64,000 nucleotides of DNA from Zygnema circumcarinatum SAG 698-1b (GCA_037447605.1 CM074810.1:372001-436000); one strand, 5' to 3'; positions 41,053-54,271 are shown, numbered from the stretch's first letter. Program-made: numbers and translations. Notes: generated by a model not told the origin, from the letters alone.

Positions 41053-43979
41053 CTAGGATGTTTTCTTTGAAATGCTATCGACTGTTTCTTTCCCCTTCAC
41101 GCTCTCCACATTTTTCTTATCTTTCGCGCTCTTCCCAACCTCAATCCTTTTGGGGCGAATGAACATTGAGAAAACAATTCCTGCGAGGACTGTGCCCACG
41201 ATAGGCGCTAACCAGTATACGTAAAAATGTTCGGAACTCGTATGCTCTTTCCGTACATACGCCCACGCAAATGCCTGCACACAAAACATGAAAGAAAAAA
41301 ATTCCCCAAAGTAAAAACTTAACTTCCCATTCCACTACCATATTTCCATACATACATACATACATATATTACTTATTTATTATTATTTATATTTCCACTT
41401 TCCAACCCTAAAGCCCTCCAACCCTCAACCCTCCAACCCTCAACCCTCAACCCTCAACCCTCCAACCCTCAACCCTCCAACCCTCCAACCTCCAACCCTC
41501 AACCCTCAACCCTCAACCCTCCAACCCTCCAACCCTCAACCCTCCAACCCTCAACCCTCCCCTCCAACCCTCAACCTCAACCCTCCAACCTCAACCTCAA
41601 CCCTCCAACCTCCAACCTCCACCTCAACCTCCACCTCAACCTCCAACCTCACCTCACCTCCAACCCTAAAACCCTACCCCCCCCAAAGCTCTCACCATGG
41701 CAGGGTTCATGGCCGGCCCCGTGTACGGCGCCCCCAGAACTATGGCCACGAGGACCCCCCCCATGAGGGTCCCCATTTTGACGAACGCATTCGCGGGCCC
41801 CGCAAAGATGCACGAAAGCACGACCACGTTCACCGCGAACGTGAGCGCGCCCTCCGCCCCCACCGCCGTCCAAAACGCGATTCCGGGGGCCACTTTGGGC
41901 CCGCCCAGAGTGTGGGCGTAAGCAGCCGGCATTACTTCTACGATGGCGAGCGCGCCGAGGATAGAGCCGGCAAGCTGGGGGGAGGGGGGAGGGGGAGGGG
42001 GAGGGGGAGGGGGGAGGGGGAGGAGGGGAGGGGGGGAGGGGGAGGGGGAGGGGAGGGGAGGGGAGGGAGGAGGGGAGGGGGAGGGGAGGGGAGGGGGAGG
42101 GGGAGGGGGAGGGGGAGAGGGGAGGGGAGGGGGAGGGGAGGGAGGAGGGGAGGTGGGAGGAGGGGAGGGGGAGGGGGAGGGGGAGGAGGGGAGGGGGAGG
42201 AGGGGAGGGGAGGGGAGGGGAGGGGGGGAGGGGGAGGGGAGGGGAGGTGGGAGGAGGGGAGGGGGAGGGGGGAGGGGAGGGGAGGTGGGAGGAGGGGAGG
42301 GGGAGGGAAAGGGAATGGTTAGGAGTTAGGAATGGGACGCAGAGGGGGAGGGGAGTGGGAGGGAGGAGGGGACGAGGGGAGGAGCGGGGAGGAGGAGAGG
42401 GAAGGAGGGTGTGGGGGTAGGTGGGAGGGAGCCAGGAGGAGTTGGAGGTGTGGGACAAAGAGAGGGGGAGGAAGGAAGAGAAGCGAGTGGAGAGGAGGAC
42501 AGAGGAGCGTAACGGAAGGGAGAGAGGGAGCTCACAGAGACGATGCGAGAGAGAGACAAGGGGAGAACGCGCGAGAGACAGACCAAAATTAGAGAGGAGA
42601 GAGTAATAGAGGGAGAGCGAAAGAGGGCCACTTACCTGCGCAAGGATCCTAGTTCCGAGAGAGAGTACAGTCTCCCCTCCCTCCCCTATGCAATAGTTGG
42701 CAATGTTCCCTGTTGGATTGAAGGAGGCTCCACCCATGGCTTCTGCTAAAGCTCCAAAAACAGCGATTTGGACGGCTATAACCGACTGCAATCCAGCAAA
42801 ACAAAGATTTTAGGGAGTACTTAGTATTCAAAATCCAATTAGTTTTTGTTGATTTGATATTTCTTGTACTTGAACTTGTATTCAGTTGACGATGAAGCAT
42901 AGAAATTAGCGAAGGAAGCATACAAACAAGCTGCATAGAGCTGAAGCTTAAAAAATAGACTCTGTTTTGCTTAATAATACTTCATTTAGTCAGACTGAAA
43001 CTGTAGTGAAAAATTTCCCACTAAACCTCGACAATTCCTTACTTGGCAGTATGCATAATCTTAGTATTTAATGAACTTCAGAGAATTTAGAGGCATTGGA
43101 GTTTAGAATGCTTTTAAGAAGCTCTTGGGGTTCATCGCCTTTAAGGTTTTAGAGGTTATTACGGCTTTAGATCCAGGGGTTTTAGGGCTTCAAGACTTCA
43201 AAAAAAACAAAAGGGGTTTCAAGGGTGAAATTAAACTGACCAGTAGCAAGACGAGGTTTGATGATTCATCGGTGCCAAAATATGGGCCCAAAATCATGAC
43301 GGTGGCGCCGGCAGTGGACCCCACAAAGATGAAGATGAAGCTGCCAGGAAGGGAGTGGGAGAGGGAGGAGAGAGGGAGGAGAGAGGGAGGAGAGAGGGAG
43401 GAGTGAGAGAGTGTGAGAGAGTGCAAGAGAGAGAGAGGACAGAGGGAGCGTGAGAGTGCAAGCGATGGAGGAGGAAGAGAGTGTGAGAGTGGCCGACGGG
43501 GAGGAAGCATTGTGAGAGAAAGAGGAGAGGGAGGAGTGAGGGCGTAGCAGAGAGGGGGATACAGGGAAGGGAGGGAATGTGTTAAAGGACAGGAGAGGAC
43601 GTGCGAGAGTGCAGGAGAGGGAGGGAGAGGCTGAAAGTGTGAAGAAGAGGAGAGACGGAGTGTGAGGAGGATGAGAGAATGTGAGGGCTGAGAATAGCGA
43701 TAAGGGAGTCAGATCGAACGATTGACAATGTAAAATGTAATATATGAAAGTATAAATAAAAATAGGACTCTGAATATATCACGTAGATGTATAATTATGA
43801 AAATATAAATATTAGTACAAACACAAATATGGATATATAAAGTATGAACACGGTAATCAGAGAGTATAGACACAATGAAGGCGTGCAAGAGAGAGAGCCA
43901 AAATGGCGAAAATTGTGAGAATGTGACGAGAGAAAGCACGTGCCTGCACGTGAGTGTGAGAGGGAGAGGGGAGGGCGAC

Positions 43980-44017
<38 letters not shown>

Positions 44018-44077
44018 GGGGCAGCACCTGACGGCAGCATCTTTGAGAGCAGGCCACAGGAGACCTCCCTCCATCAT
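41053..44077 (-). CDS. SIP: SIP-family aquaporin (small basic intrinsic protein); exons 44077-44028, 43340-43241, 42785-42636, 41974-41696, 41274-41053
   Basis: GGASFNPT (loop B), YTGPAMNPAMAFAWAY (loop E), HFYVYWLAP, Lys-rich C-terminus; all junctions in phase. Confidence 0.92.
41410..41665. repeat. (CCCTCCAA/CCCTCAA)n telomere-like variant array in SIP intron 4
   Basis: Direct reading; TTGAGGG/TTGGAGGG on the sense strand near the donor. Confidence 0.85.
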
Positions 44078-44524
44078 GGCGAATTTTCAAAGAAACAAAA
44101 GAAAGGAGAGCCTTTAAAGAAGTTTGCGGGTCTCAGTTTAGGGTTTAAGGTTTAGGGTAAGGGTTTGGGGCTTACTGCTGTGCAGGGGGAGAGACGGAGT
44201 GAGGGAGGGAGGGAGAGTGGGAGGGAGTGGTTTGGCTGACGTGGCGTGTCCTGAAGCGCGCGCGCAGACACACGTGCGAAGGTCGAGTCTTATTGGCGGA
44301 TGCCGCCGGACCTGGTCACGTGGAAGGCCGCCAATATTGCGCGTGTGAAAGGAAGATCGGCCCAATCAGAAGCGAGGAAAAGATTCGCTTTTCGTGATAC
44401 GGGCCAATCAGAGGGGAGGATGTGCCACGTTTCCTTACATGATTGGAGAAATACGCTCCTTTTCTTCCGGCCGTTTTTCCGGCCGTTACGGCGGATGCCG
44501 GAGGAATATATAAACATAAAATTA

Positions 44525-45260
44525 GTACACAGGAGGTTCAGAATGTTATTTTAATTATGTACTGATTTTGGTTTGTGAGGTCGAGTACCGGCTATTGCAA
44601 TGTAGGCAGCCCCTTTCGATATCTGAACGGGAACCAAGAACTTTTGCTGGGAGTTCTATGTTTACTCTATGTGAACGCTGTTGAGTTCGTAGTCAAACAG
44701 GAAGTTGGCGGATCTCAACTCATGTAACAGATCAGTCTGCGCGTGTTCTTTGTTGGGACGTTTTTCTGTGCTCAGTTCTACTAGAAAGTTCACAAAATGT
44801 CCGTACAGGTGTACGACAACGTACGGATCGCATGGAAGGCTGTGGCCGTACATCTGCTCGGTCCTTTGTACCGCCCTGAGGGGCTTTGGCCGCTGGCCGG
44901 GCAGACACTTCCGAACAGTTTTAAATGACAAAAACCTTTCTGTCCAATCATTATAGGCCACGTCGTCATATGTAGTTTTATTGCCACGTGGCAACCATTG
45001 ATTGGTTTAAAATTGTTTTTTTCCATCTTTGGGTACAGCCAAGTTGCAAGGGGAGCTGCACCTTGTCAACTGTCACACGTACATACGTGTACGGTATGTA
45101 CGGTTTCTCGTACAAAATCTTGTTAATCAAGAGGCCTTTCGCTGACCATTCATTTCATTACTGTACGAAACGTACGATTTAACAAAGCAAAACTCCAATT
45201 CCTTTTACCTAGCAGTCGAAAGTACTGTACAGTGATGTACGGTATCATCCGTACGTACTC
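44525..45260. promoter_or_regulatory. GTAC-dense region containing an inverted CCAAT-N9-CCACG pair (44944-44962, 44987-45005) upstream of PRXIIE
   Basis: About 20 GTAC by eye in ~740 bp; both composite elements are exact. Confidence 0.5.
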
Positions 45261-45321
45261 CTGCAACTGGAACCTTGGAACGTTGCGAGGAGCCTTCTAA
45301 GCTTAAGAGGAACTGGAAGCC

Positions 45322-46209
45322 ATGGCTGCCCTTGCTTCCGCTGCAACTCTTGGAAGGGCCGCGTCTTCTCTCGCGGCAAGCTCTTCTCAAAGAGGAGTGG
45401 CGGCTCGTTCACCTCTTCCCTCCTTCGCAGGTCTTAGGGCGTCTGCCGTCTTTGGAGCCTCAAGCCGCTTGGTTTTCGGTGCAAGATCTGCTCCTGCTGC
45501 TGCACAGAAAGGGAGGGAAGCTCGCAGATCTTTCTGTGTATCCAGCTCCATGGTGTCTGTAGGAAGCACCCTCCCGGAGGCGGACCTCACTTATTTCGAT
45601 AAGGAGGGCACATTGCAGACGGTTTCAGTGAGCCAGCTGTCTAAGGTATGTCTGTTGCAGCTCATCGGAGCAAGCAGGCGAGCCTGAATCCTTCGCTTTT
45701 CTGCTGAGATTCAACAAATACATAGTGTTTTCTCCCATTCTTTTGTATCCCTTCAACAGATTGATCTCGTTTGCTTAATCTTGGAACTGATGATGAACCG
45801 TCTTTCTGCTGGATGATTTCAGGGCAAGAAAGTGGTGCTCTTTGCAGTTCCAGGTGCCTTCACTCCAACATGCTCTCAGAAGCACCTTCCAGGATTCATT
45901 GAAAAGGCGGATGAGCTTACAAGCAAGGGCGTGGATACCATTGCCTGCGTCTCTGTGAACGATCCCTTCGTCATGAAAGCCTGGGGAGAGTCTATTGGAG
46001 TCGGAGAGAAGGTCCTCCTCTTGGCTGATGGAAGCGCCATCTTCACGAAGGCTCTCGGTGTTGAGCTGGACCTCACAGACAAGGGCCTCGGCATCCGGTC
46101 CCGCCGCTACGCCCTTCTGGCGGATGACGGAGTTGTGAAGTCGCTGAATCTGGAGGAAGGCGGAGCTTTCACGATCAGCGGTCCTGATGAGATTCTGAAA
46201 GTGCTTTGA
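45322..46209 (+). CDS. PRXIIE: Type II peroxiredoxin, plastid (PRXIIE-like); exons 45322-45645 and 45823-46209
   Basis: Ala/Ser-rich transit peptide; [54 protein letters not shown]. Confidence 0.95.
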
Positions 46210-46667
46210 ATGTTTCCTTTTAAGGAAGGCAGGCGGCTGCTTGAGGGCAGGTTTCAGAGGGCACAAACATAGGTTGTTTGTAGGGTTCAGGATGTGCAAG
46301 AAAGGAAGAGAGGAAAAAAGGATTTTTTTTTTTTTGGGTCATGTTTTTTGTATGTGAGCTGGTCAGGCAAAATCTGCAGTCCTTGAGGAACTTAAAGAAG
46401 GGACGGTGCAGTTTTTTGTGTCGTTTCGGCTTCCTTTTTTGAAAGTAGTTTGGAAATTCTTGATTCGTGGAAAGTGATCTCTCTTTATTCAAGAGTCGTC
46501 ATATTTGTTCGTGTGAGATAGAGCTAAACAACAGTGCAAAACTGCTTTAAAGATGTCGTAAATTAGTTTGTTTTTACACTGTCAAGGAATAATATTTTTT
46601 TGGATACATTCATTTCCTTCATTTTCTTTACCCTCCCATGACTGTCTTGAAGGCCCTTTCTGCTGTT

Positions 46668-46705
<38 letters not shown>

Positions 46706-47780
46706 CTCTCTCGCTCTCCCTCTCTCTCTCTCTCTTTCTCTGAGGTAGATTTTCTTCGACCTTGTTTTTGCTCTGGTACAGAATCCACAGATGCTCAGGA
46801 AACTTGAAACTATTGGACGTTTCTTTTCAGATAAATTTTAACCTATTGTAGCCTATCCTATACTCAGACATATTCATTGTTTTTTATCGATTGTATGATT
46901 TCATCGAGCTGGTTTGCGGGGTGTTAGCTTCCTCTTTGTTTGCTCTTCTCCTGTTAGACTTCTCGTCAGTTTGCACCGTCACATTTTTGTTATATTTTGA
47001 AAGATTAAGGATGGAGGAAATGGGCTATAATGATGCCCGTTTACAGTAAATGATTTGTAAGTTTTTTTACTAGGATTCGCACCACCTCTAGAGCGCTGAA
47101 CCCTAAAAATGGCTCAAACCCTGAACCCTAAACCCTAAACTCTCAACCCTGCATATAGCTTTATCCTGGATGGTCTATGGTTGATTGTTTAAGTGCCTCA
47201 CGGTCTCATGGTCTCATCCAGAACCGCTTGAAGTCGATGTCAAATTTTTCCGTGATGGGCCAACGGGTGGGGGAGACATCCATCACTTTATCAACCCAGT
47301 TTTCGGTTTATGGTTTTTACGTTTTTGGTTTTTGGTTCTCAGTTTTCGGTTTAAGGTTTTTTATCGTTCTGTCAAGGCCTAGACTTCGTTGACTTTAAAA
47401 AAAATGATTTTATCGAAGTGCCTTTGGAGGAGAAACGCCATCCAGAGAGTTTCACTGCGTGTGCTCATAAGTTGAGGAGGTCCCTTTCACCGCATCCGGA
47501 TCAAAAAAAAAAAAAAAAGCCTGTTCTGCGGTTTCCAAAAATGTGAAAAACCAAAACTGAAAAATATGAAAATGAAAAAGGGAAATATGACTCTGTGAAT
47601 TGTGACATCTTGGCAAAATCCCGCTCTCGATTTGATAAAAAATTACATGATTTGACTGGAAATCGGCCACCACCAGGACCCTAAAACCCTAAACCCTAAA
47701 CTCTGAAGCCCTGAACCCCTCGTAAACTCCAACAACATCCTTAAAAACAAGTTTTCAAAATCAGTCACAAGGACCCAACC

Positions 47781-47940
47781 CCTTGACAAAACCTTAAACC
47801 TTATTCCCTGACAACGAACCGCCTCTCTTTTTTTCTTGAACCCTGCACCCTAACCTTTCTCCTTGACAAAACCTTAAACCTTATTCCCTGACAACGAACC
47901 GCCTCTCTTTTTTTCTTGAACCCTGCACCCTAACCTTTCT
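47781..47940. repeat. Perfect 80-bp tandem duplication
   Basis: 47781-47860 is identical to 47861-47940. Confidence 0.9.
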
Positions 47941-48072
47941 CAAGAACCCAAGTTCCAAAGACCCTTCCGACTCTGACCCATCAACCCTAAACCCTAAACC
48001 TTAAACCCCAAAACCCCAAACCCTAAACCCTAAACTCTAAACCTTAAACCCTGAACCCTGATTCCGCCGGTT

Positions 48073-50390
48073 TCAAATCCCAAGGATCGTTCGCATTTGA
48101 TGGGGGTTATGCCTCAGCATAGACCTCGCCTCCGGATACGAATTCCGCGGGTCCGTCAAGGCGCCATAGATCACACTGTAAGTCTCCGCCAAAGCTCCGG
48201 CCACTCTCACAGAAGCTACCTCTCTCAGCTTCGGCATCTGCATGAGCTCAAAGTCAGGCCATGGCCCCTCGTTCCCTCCAATTCGCCCATAGAGAGAGCG
48301 GAGAGACTCTCCCATAGCGACAGGACCCATCCCCTCTCTCACTGCAAGAGGAGGGTCTGAGGGAGACTTGGGAGCAGCTAGAAGCACCATCTTAGAGCTA
48401 AGTTTACACTTTTCGAGGACTTCCTTTAGTTCACTATCCACGAGAGCTGCAATGTGGGTTTCTATGGCGGCTTCAAGAGAGGCTGCCTGTGCTTCTGCCA
48501 CTTGGAAACCTGCTAGAGGTTGCTGCATTGCTGAGAGGCAGTTGATGAGGAAGATACGGCGGAGGGTCTCCACAGCCTGAACATATGAAGAGCATACAGT
48601 TTGGATCAGAATGGGGGGAGGGAGAGGGAGAGGGGGAGTGGAAGGGGGAGGGAGGGGAGGGGAAGGGAAGAAGGGAGGAAGAGAGAGGAGAGAGGAGAGA
48701 GGAGAGAGGAGAGAGGAGCGAGGGAGAGCGAGAGAGGGAAGGAGGGAGTGAGAGGAGTGAAGGAGAGGGAAGCACCTGAGGAGAGGCAGTGCCTGTTCCT
48801 ACTCCGGAAGCCATTTCTGCTGCAATAGCTCTCCTGCTGAGAGAGTTTCCCTCTATTGGAGTTGCTCCATTACTGACTGCAGGTAGTCCTCTCCTTGAAC
48901 CGCTATCTTGAAGTCCCGAAGAGCCCAATCTTCTGCTGTTTGCAACTGCAGATTTTGACCCATATGCTGCTGCCGCTCTCTCACACATCTGCATAGAACA
49001 AGTCCCCCCTCTCGGCTACTAAAATTAGCCAAATAGATGACTAAAACAGCAGGTGGTTGAATCCAGCAAAGTGTGAAATTGGGTAAGGTATCGAAAACTC
49101 TCAAGTTTGCACTGCAGGACTAAGTGGTATTCAGAAAGTTTGCTACTGGTAATTTCTTGACTGGAACATTCAATAGTGATATCTATATTCACTTTAGCAA
49201 TAGCTAAGATTTGAGCTTTTTTAAAGAAGAAAACATCGGTACTATGACATAAACCCACAAATTATAAAACTCTCCTCTTCCTTCTGCAACCAAATGTGAG
49301 AATTATTAAAAAAGAGAGAAAAGAAAGGTTTAGGGTTTAGTTGAGGCACACCTGCAAGAGTGGTGTGAGCATAGCCAAAAGCACCGGTTCAAAGGAAGGT
49401 TTAGTCATTCCGTTAGCCACCATAATATGTTGATGTGTATCAAGAAGCTCAAGAAGGAGAGTCACTCCGTCTCCCACTGCGGGAGGGGGAGAGAGATCTG
49501 CTCCCACAGGGGGGGGATACCGGAGAAGCTTATCTCCGCGAGCCTTGATAATGTCAAAAAAAGTGCGTTGTGCAGTTTCTTTTACATCCCGTAAAGTCAC
49601 AGAGAGAGCAGCTTCCTCCCCCAGAAGCTCTGCAATCTATAGTTCTCTCCCACCCACACAAAACCCTAAATAAGTTTGTAGGGTTTTTAGGGTTTTTAGG
49701 GTCTTTAGATTTTGCCATAGCTGACTGAGTGCTGCAGAAAAAATGGGTACCTTCCTTATAAAATCCCCTCCACTCCCTTTCCCCCCTCTCTCTCTGTCCC
49801 CCACTCTCTCCCCAATCTCTTTCTCTCGCCCCTCCCTCCCCCCCTCTCCCTTCCCCCTCTCAAAAAGACATCCAAACGCTTGACGAATCCCCAAAACCGT
49901 AGAGATAAGAGAATGTGTGTGTGTGTCTGTGGGTTCTCTCACTTTTCATCTCTCCTCCTCCCACCTTTCCCTCTCACTCACTCTCCTCCTCCCCCCTTTC
50001 CCTCTCCCTCACTCTCCTCCTCCCACCTTTCCCTCTCCCACATCCTTCCACTTACCGTGTGTGAATAGAAGGCCAGTAAATTCCATAGATTATATGCGAG
50101 CAGCAGCCCAGGAGGGGCTGCTAAGACCTGCTCCACTCTCACTTTAAAGGGTCTGCATACTCCCTCAAAAACTCGGTTTAATACCCACACCATATCGGCC
50201 TCCACGGGCTCTCCCACTCCCTCCCTCCCCCCCTCTCTCCCTTCCCCATTTGCCTCTCTTGAAAACCTCCGCGATGTGTTTCTCGAGCCGGACCCCTCCT
50301 GCCCACTGAACAGAGCCATAGCCAGCTCCCTTTCTGAAGCGAGTGCCTGCAGCAAGATATGGAGAGAGAAGATGGTGTCAGATAATAGGG

Positions 50391-50454
<64 letters not shown>

Positions 50455-50707
50455 GTCAGCTAATAGGGCCTCTCTCTCACTTTCTCTGGTGTCAGCTTAT
50501 AGGGCCTCTCTCTCTCTCTCTCTCTCTCTGGTGTCAGCTAATAGGGCCTCTCTCTCACTTTCTCTGGTGTCAGCTTATAGGGCCTCTCTCTCTCTCTCTC
50601 TTTCTCTCTCTCTGGTGTCAGCTAATAGGGCCACTCTCTCTCTCTCTCTCTCTCTGGTGTCAGCTAATAGGGCCTCTCTCTCACTCTCTCTGGTGTCAGC
50701 TTATAGG

Positions 50708-50756
<49 letters not shown>

Positions 50757-51062
50757 GTCAGAAATTATTATGAAATTACAGCTATTACATCACCTGATGC
50801 AGCCATCCCAGCATATCTCCCACATAGCGCAGTGGATCATGCGCATGCACTTCAATAGGGCGCGGCATCCCCCCCGGCCCCCCCCGTGTGAGAGCGCTAA
50901 TGAACCTCCGAAACAAAGCATTGTGGCGAGTGTTTGAAACCTGCAAGAACACAATACTTCAAACTTTAGACCCCTCTCTAACTCAAGTAATTCCCGAAAC
51001 ACACTTATACTATTTCAAATAATACCAGACCACTCCCCCGCCTCTCTCTCTCTCTCTCTCTC

Positions 51063-51128
<66 letters not shown>

Positions 51129-51257
51129 GTCAGCTAATAGGGCCACTCTCTCTCTCTCTGGTGTCAGCTAATAGGGCCTCTCTCTCACTTTCTCTGGTGT
51201 CAGCTTATAGGGCCTCTCTCTCTCTCTCTCTGGTCTCAGCTCTCTCTCTCTCTCTCT

Positions 51258-51297
<40 letters not shown>

Positions 51298-51489
51298 CTC
51301 TCTCTCTCTCTCTCTCTGGTGTCAGCTAATAGGGCCTCTCTCTCTCTCTCTGGTGTCAGCTAATAGGGCCACTCTCTCTCTCTCTCTCTCTCTGGTGTCA
51401 GCTAATAGGGCCTCTCTCTCACTCTCTCTGGTGTCAGCTTATAGGGCCACTCTCTCTCTCTCTCTCTCTCTCTGGTGTCAGCTTATAGG

Positions 51490-51546
<57 letters not shown>

Positions 51547-52074
51547 GTCAGAAATTATTATGAAATTACAGCTATTACATCACCTGATGCAGCCATCCCA
51601 GCATATCTCCCACATAGCGCAGTGGATCATGCGCATGCACTTCAATAGGGCGCGGCATCCCCCCCGGCCCCCCCCGTGTGAGAGCGCTAATGAACCTCCG
51701 AAACAAAGCATTGTGGCGAGTGTTTGAAACCTGCAAGAACACAATACTTCAAACTTTAGACCCCTCTCTAACTCAAGTAATTCCCGAAACACACTTATAC
51801 TATTTCAAATAATACCAGACCACTCCCCCGCCTCTCTCTCTCTCTGGTGTCAGCTAATAGGGCCTCTCTCTCACTTTCTCTGGTGTCAGCTTATAGGGCC
51901 TCTCTCTCTCTCTCTCTCTTATAGGGCCTCTCTCTCTCTCTCTGGTGTCAGCTAATAGGGCCACTCTCTCTCTCTCTCTCTCTCTGGTGTCAGCTAATAG
52001 GGCCTCTCTCTCTCTGGTGTCAGCTAATAGGGCCACTCTCTCTCTCTATCTCTCTCTGTTGACAGATAATAGGG

Positions 52075-52138
<64 letters not shown>

Positions 52139-53285
52139 TTTCTCTCTCACTTGACTGGTCAGACAGTCCTTCGATTGAAAAAACTGTTTTGAAATAACAA
52201 AAAGGAGGGAGGAAGGGAGGGAGGGAGGGAGGGAGGGAGGGAGGGAGGGAGGGAGGGAGTGCTGAGTAGAACCTCCGCGGGAGTGAGCTGGTAGTTGTGC
52301 AGAAAATTGGAGACAAGCTCTTGGCGGTGCGTGTACTTTTCGAGCTCCTCTTTGAGCTGTTCCGTCGCCCCCACCATGTCGCCCGTGGAGGAGGTGCAGC
52401 TGCTAAGGGCCTTGGAGACTCTGCATAGAGAGGGGAGGGAGAGGGAGAGGAGAGGAGAGGGAGAGGGAGAGGGAGAGGGAGAGGTTGAGAGCGAGGAGAG
52501 GAGAGGGATAGAGAGGGGGGGGAATATGAAGAAGGAAGAGAGAAAGGAGGAGATAGAGAGAGAGACGGGAGAGAGGAGGGGAAGAGGGAGAGAGGGAGAG
52601 CGAGAAGGGAGAGGAGAGGGATAGAGAGGGGGGGCAATGTGAAGAAGGGAGAGAGAGAAAGGGGGAGATAGAGAGAGAGAGAGACGGGAGAGAGTGGGGG
52701 AAGAGGGAGAGGGAGAGAGAGAGAGAGAGGGAGATTGTATCAAGGGAGTGAGGTCGATGAGAAATAGCTCATTACCTGTCGCAGCAGTCTGCAAGACCCT
52801 GCACTTCTGCTTCCACTGCATCGAGGGCCTGCACAACCAAGAATTACAGTTCATTAAAAAAAAAAAAAAAAGGAAAAAACGAGGAACCTGGAAATAGTGA
52901 AAAGAAAGGCCTTACATGTTCTCGGATCAATGCTCTGAATATCCGCTATCATCAGATCCAATTGACAATGTTTTCTGAAAAGCCTGAATCGGAACCCTAA
53001 TAACTTTGAAAGACCCGGAAACCTGCAGAACCCTAAATGTTACCTGCGTTGCATTGGATGATAACACACCTTTTGAGCTGCTTCTGAGGCCGCCAGAAAG
53101 TCCTGATTGATGCTGAGGCCCCTCCTCTCAAGCGTGGCGCGCAGATTTCTTCTTGAATTTAAAGTATTTTCCACATAGAAACTGGAGAGGGCGCTGAGGG
53201 AAGCGAGAAGCTCTGGAGAGTCTGTACGCGTTTCTAACACTTTTTTCAGTTTCCGGGAGAGCAGGGGCGCGAGAGAAGTGCTCAT
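48073..53285 (-). CDS. COG6: Conserved oligomeric Golgi complex subunit 6; one exon present twice and about 100 aa of conserved sequence absent in this assembly
   Basis: [93 protein letters not shown]-terminal RH.P.Q.RTILGI*. Confidence 0.92.
50375..52130. repeat. Array of ~20 copies of GGTGTCAGCT(A/T)ATAGGGCC separated by variable (CT)n spacers in COG6 introns
   Basis: Motif recurs every 35-75 bp; spacers are microsatellite. Confidence 0.9.
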
Positions 53286-53618
53286 TTTGGCTTATGAAAA
53301 CAAAAAAAAAATAAANNNNNNNNNNNNNNNNNNNNNNNNNNNNNNNNNNNNNNNNNNNNNNNNNNNNNNNNNNNNNNNNNNNNNNNNNNNNNNNNNNNNN
53401 NNNNNNNNNNNNNNNCCCTCCCCCTTCCCCTCCCCTCCCCCTCCCCTCCCCTTCCTCCCCTCCCCTCCCCTCCCCTCCCCTCCCCCTCCCCCTCCCCTCC
53501 CTCCCCCTTCCCCTCCCCTCCCCTCCCCTCCCCTCCCCCTCCCCTCCCCTCCCCCTCCCCTCCCCCTCCCCCTCCCCTCCCCCTCCCACCATGCCCCCTG
53601 CCCCATGCCCCCCTGCAG

Positions 53619-54271
53619 ATGCAGTGGCATCCAAAGCCCCACCGGAGCCGATCTCAACTTCGGCAATCAAACGCTGACGGGCGGGGCCGGCACCGCCGGG
53701 TCAGCCGCGACGGTGGTGGCGTTGACTTTGGTCAACACGGTCATCCAAAGTTACGGCGACGGCCGGTACTCGATTACGGGGAAGGTCCCCGTCACTTCGG
53801 ACATGATCTCCGGCATTACCAAGGACCCCCAGGACTACTATGTGCAGGTGTACACGTGGAACTATGCGTACGGTACGCGAGCTTGAACAAGCGAATAGCA
53901 TTAGGTTTTAAAGAAGTGAGAAGATAGAGTTTTTTTGAGTATAGGATTTCGTATAGGATTTCGTATAAGCTGTTGCACAATTGCAAGGGTTGTATGAGTT
54001 GGCTTGAGGGATCAAATCTCGTGATGGTTGTCGTTGATTTCATTTTTTACGCCTTCAATTATTATCTCGGAGAACCTTTCTAGCATGTTGTTGTTGTTGT
54101 TGTTGTTGTTGTGCTTTGAATGTAAATGGGGTTAAGCTCCGCCGCTTAACCCGCTCCCAGTTCCCTCCCCATGCAGGCGCCATGCGAGGGCAGCTCGCGA
54201 CTGTCGGCGGTACGGCCCAAGTCACGTTCTCGGACGCCAATTATGAAGATTGGAACGACATATTTCCGTGA
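53619..54271 (+). CDS. 3' end of a CHRD-domain protein; exons 53619-53872 and 54177-54271; 5' part lost in the 100-N gap
   Basis: SGIQSPTGADLNFG...VVALTL...MISGITKDPQDYYVQVYTWNYAY/GAMRGQL resembles the CHRD YVNVHT..YP.GEIRGQL pattern; phase-1 GT-AG join. Confidence 0.7.

Noticed and set aside
44662-45026. Short ORFs in the SIP/PRXIIE intergenic region
   Set aside because: No splice or homology support; the region is better explained as GTAC-rich regulatory or repeat DNA.
47020-47100. Possible C/D box snoRNA (TGATG...CTGA)
   Set aside because: Imperfect C box, no terminal stem and only about 9 nt of possible rRNA complementarity.
47170-47500. Exon-like island after PRXIIE (plus: CLTVSWSHPEPLEVDVKFF...; minus: NWVDKVMDVSPTRWPITEKFDIDFKRFWMRP*)
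   Set aside because: Either strand is equally plausible and I could not build a consistent spliced gene or recognise a domain.
50375-52130. CRISPR-like alternation of a conserved repeat and spacers
   Set aside because: Spacers are (CT)n microsatellite rather than unique sequence, the locus is a eukaryotic intron, and there are no cas genes.
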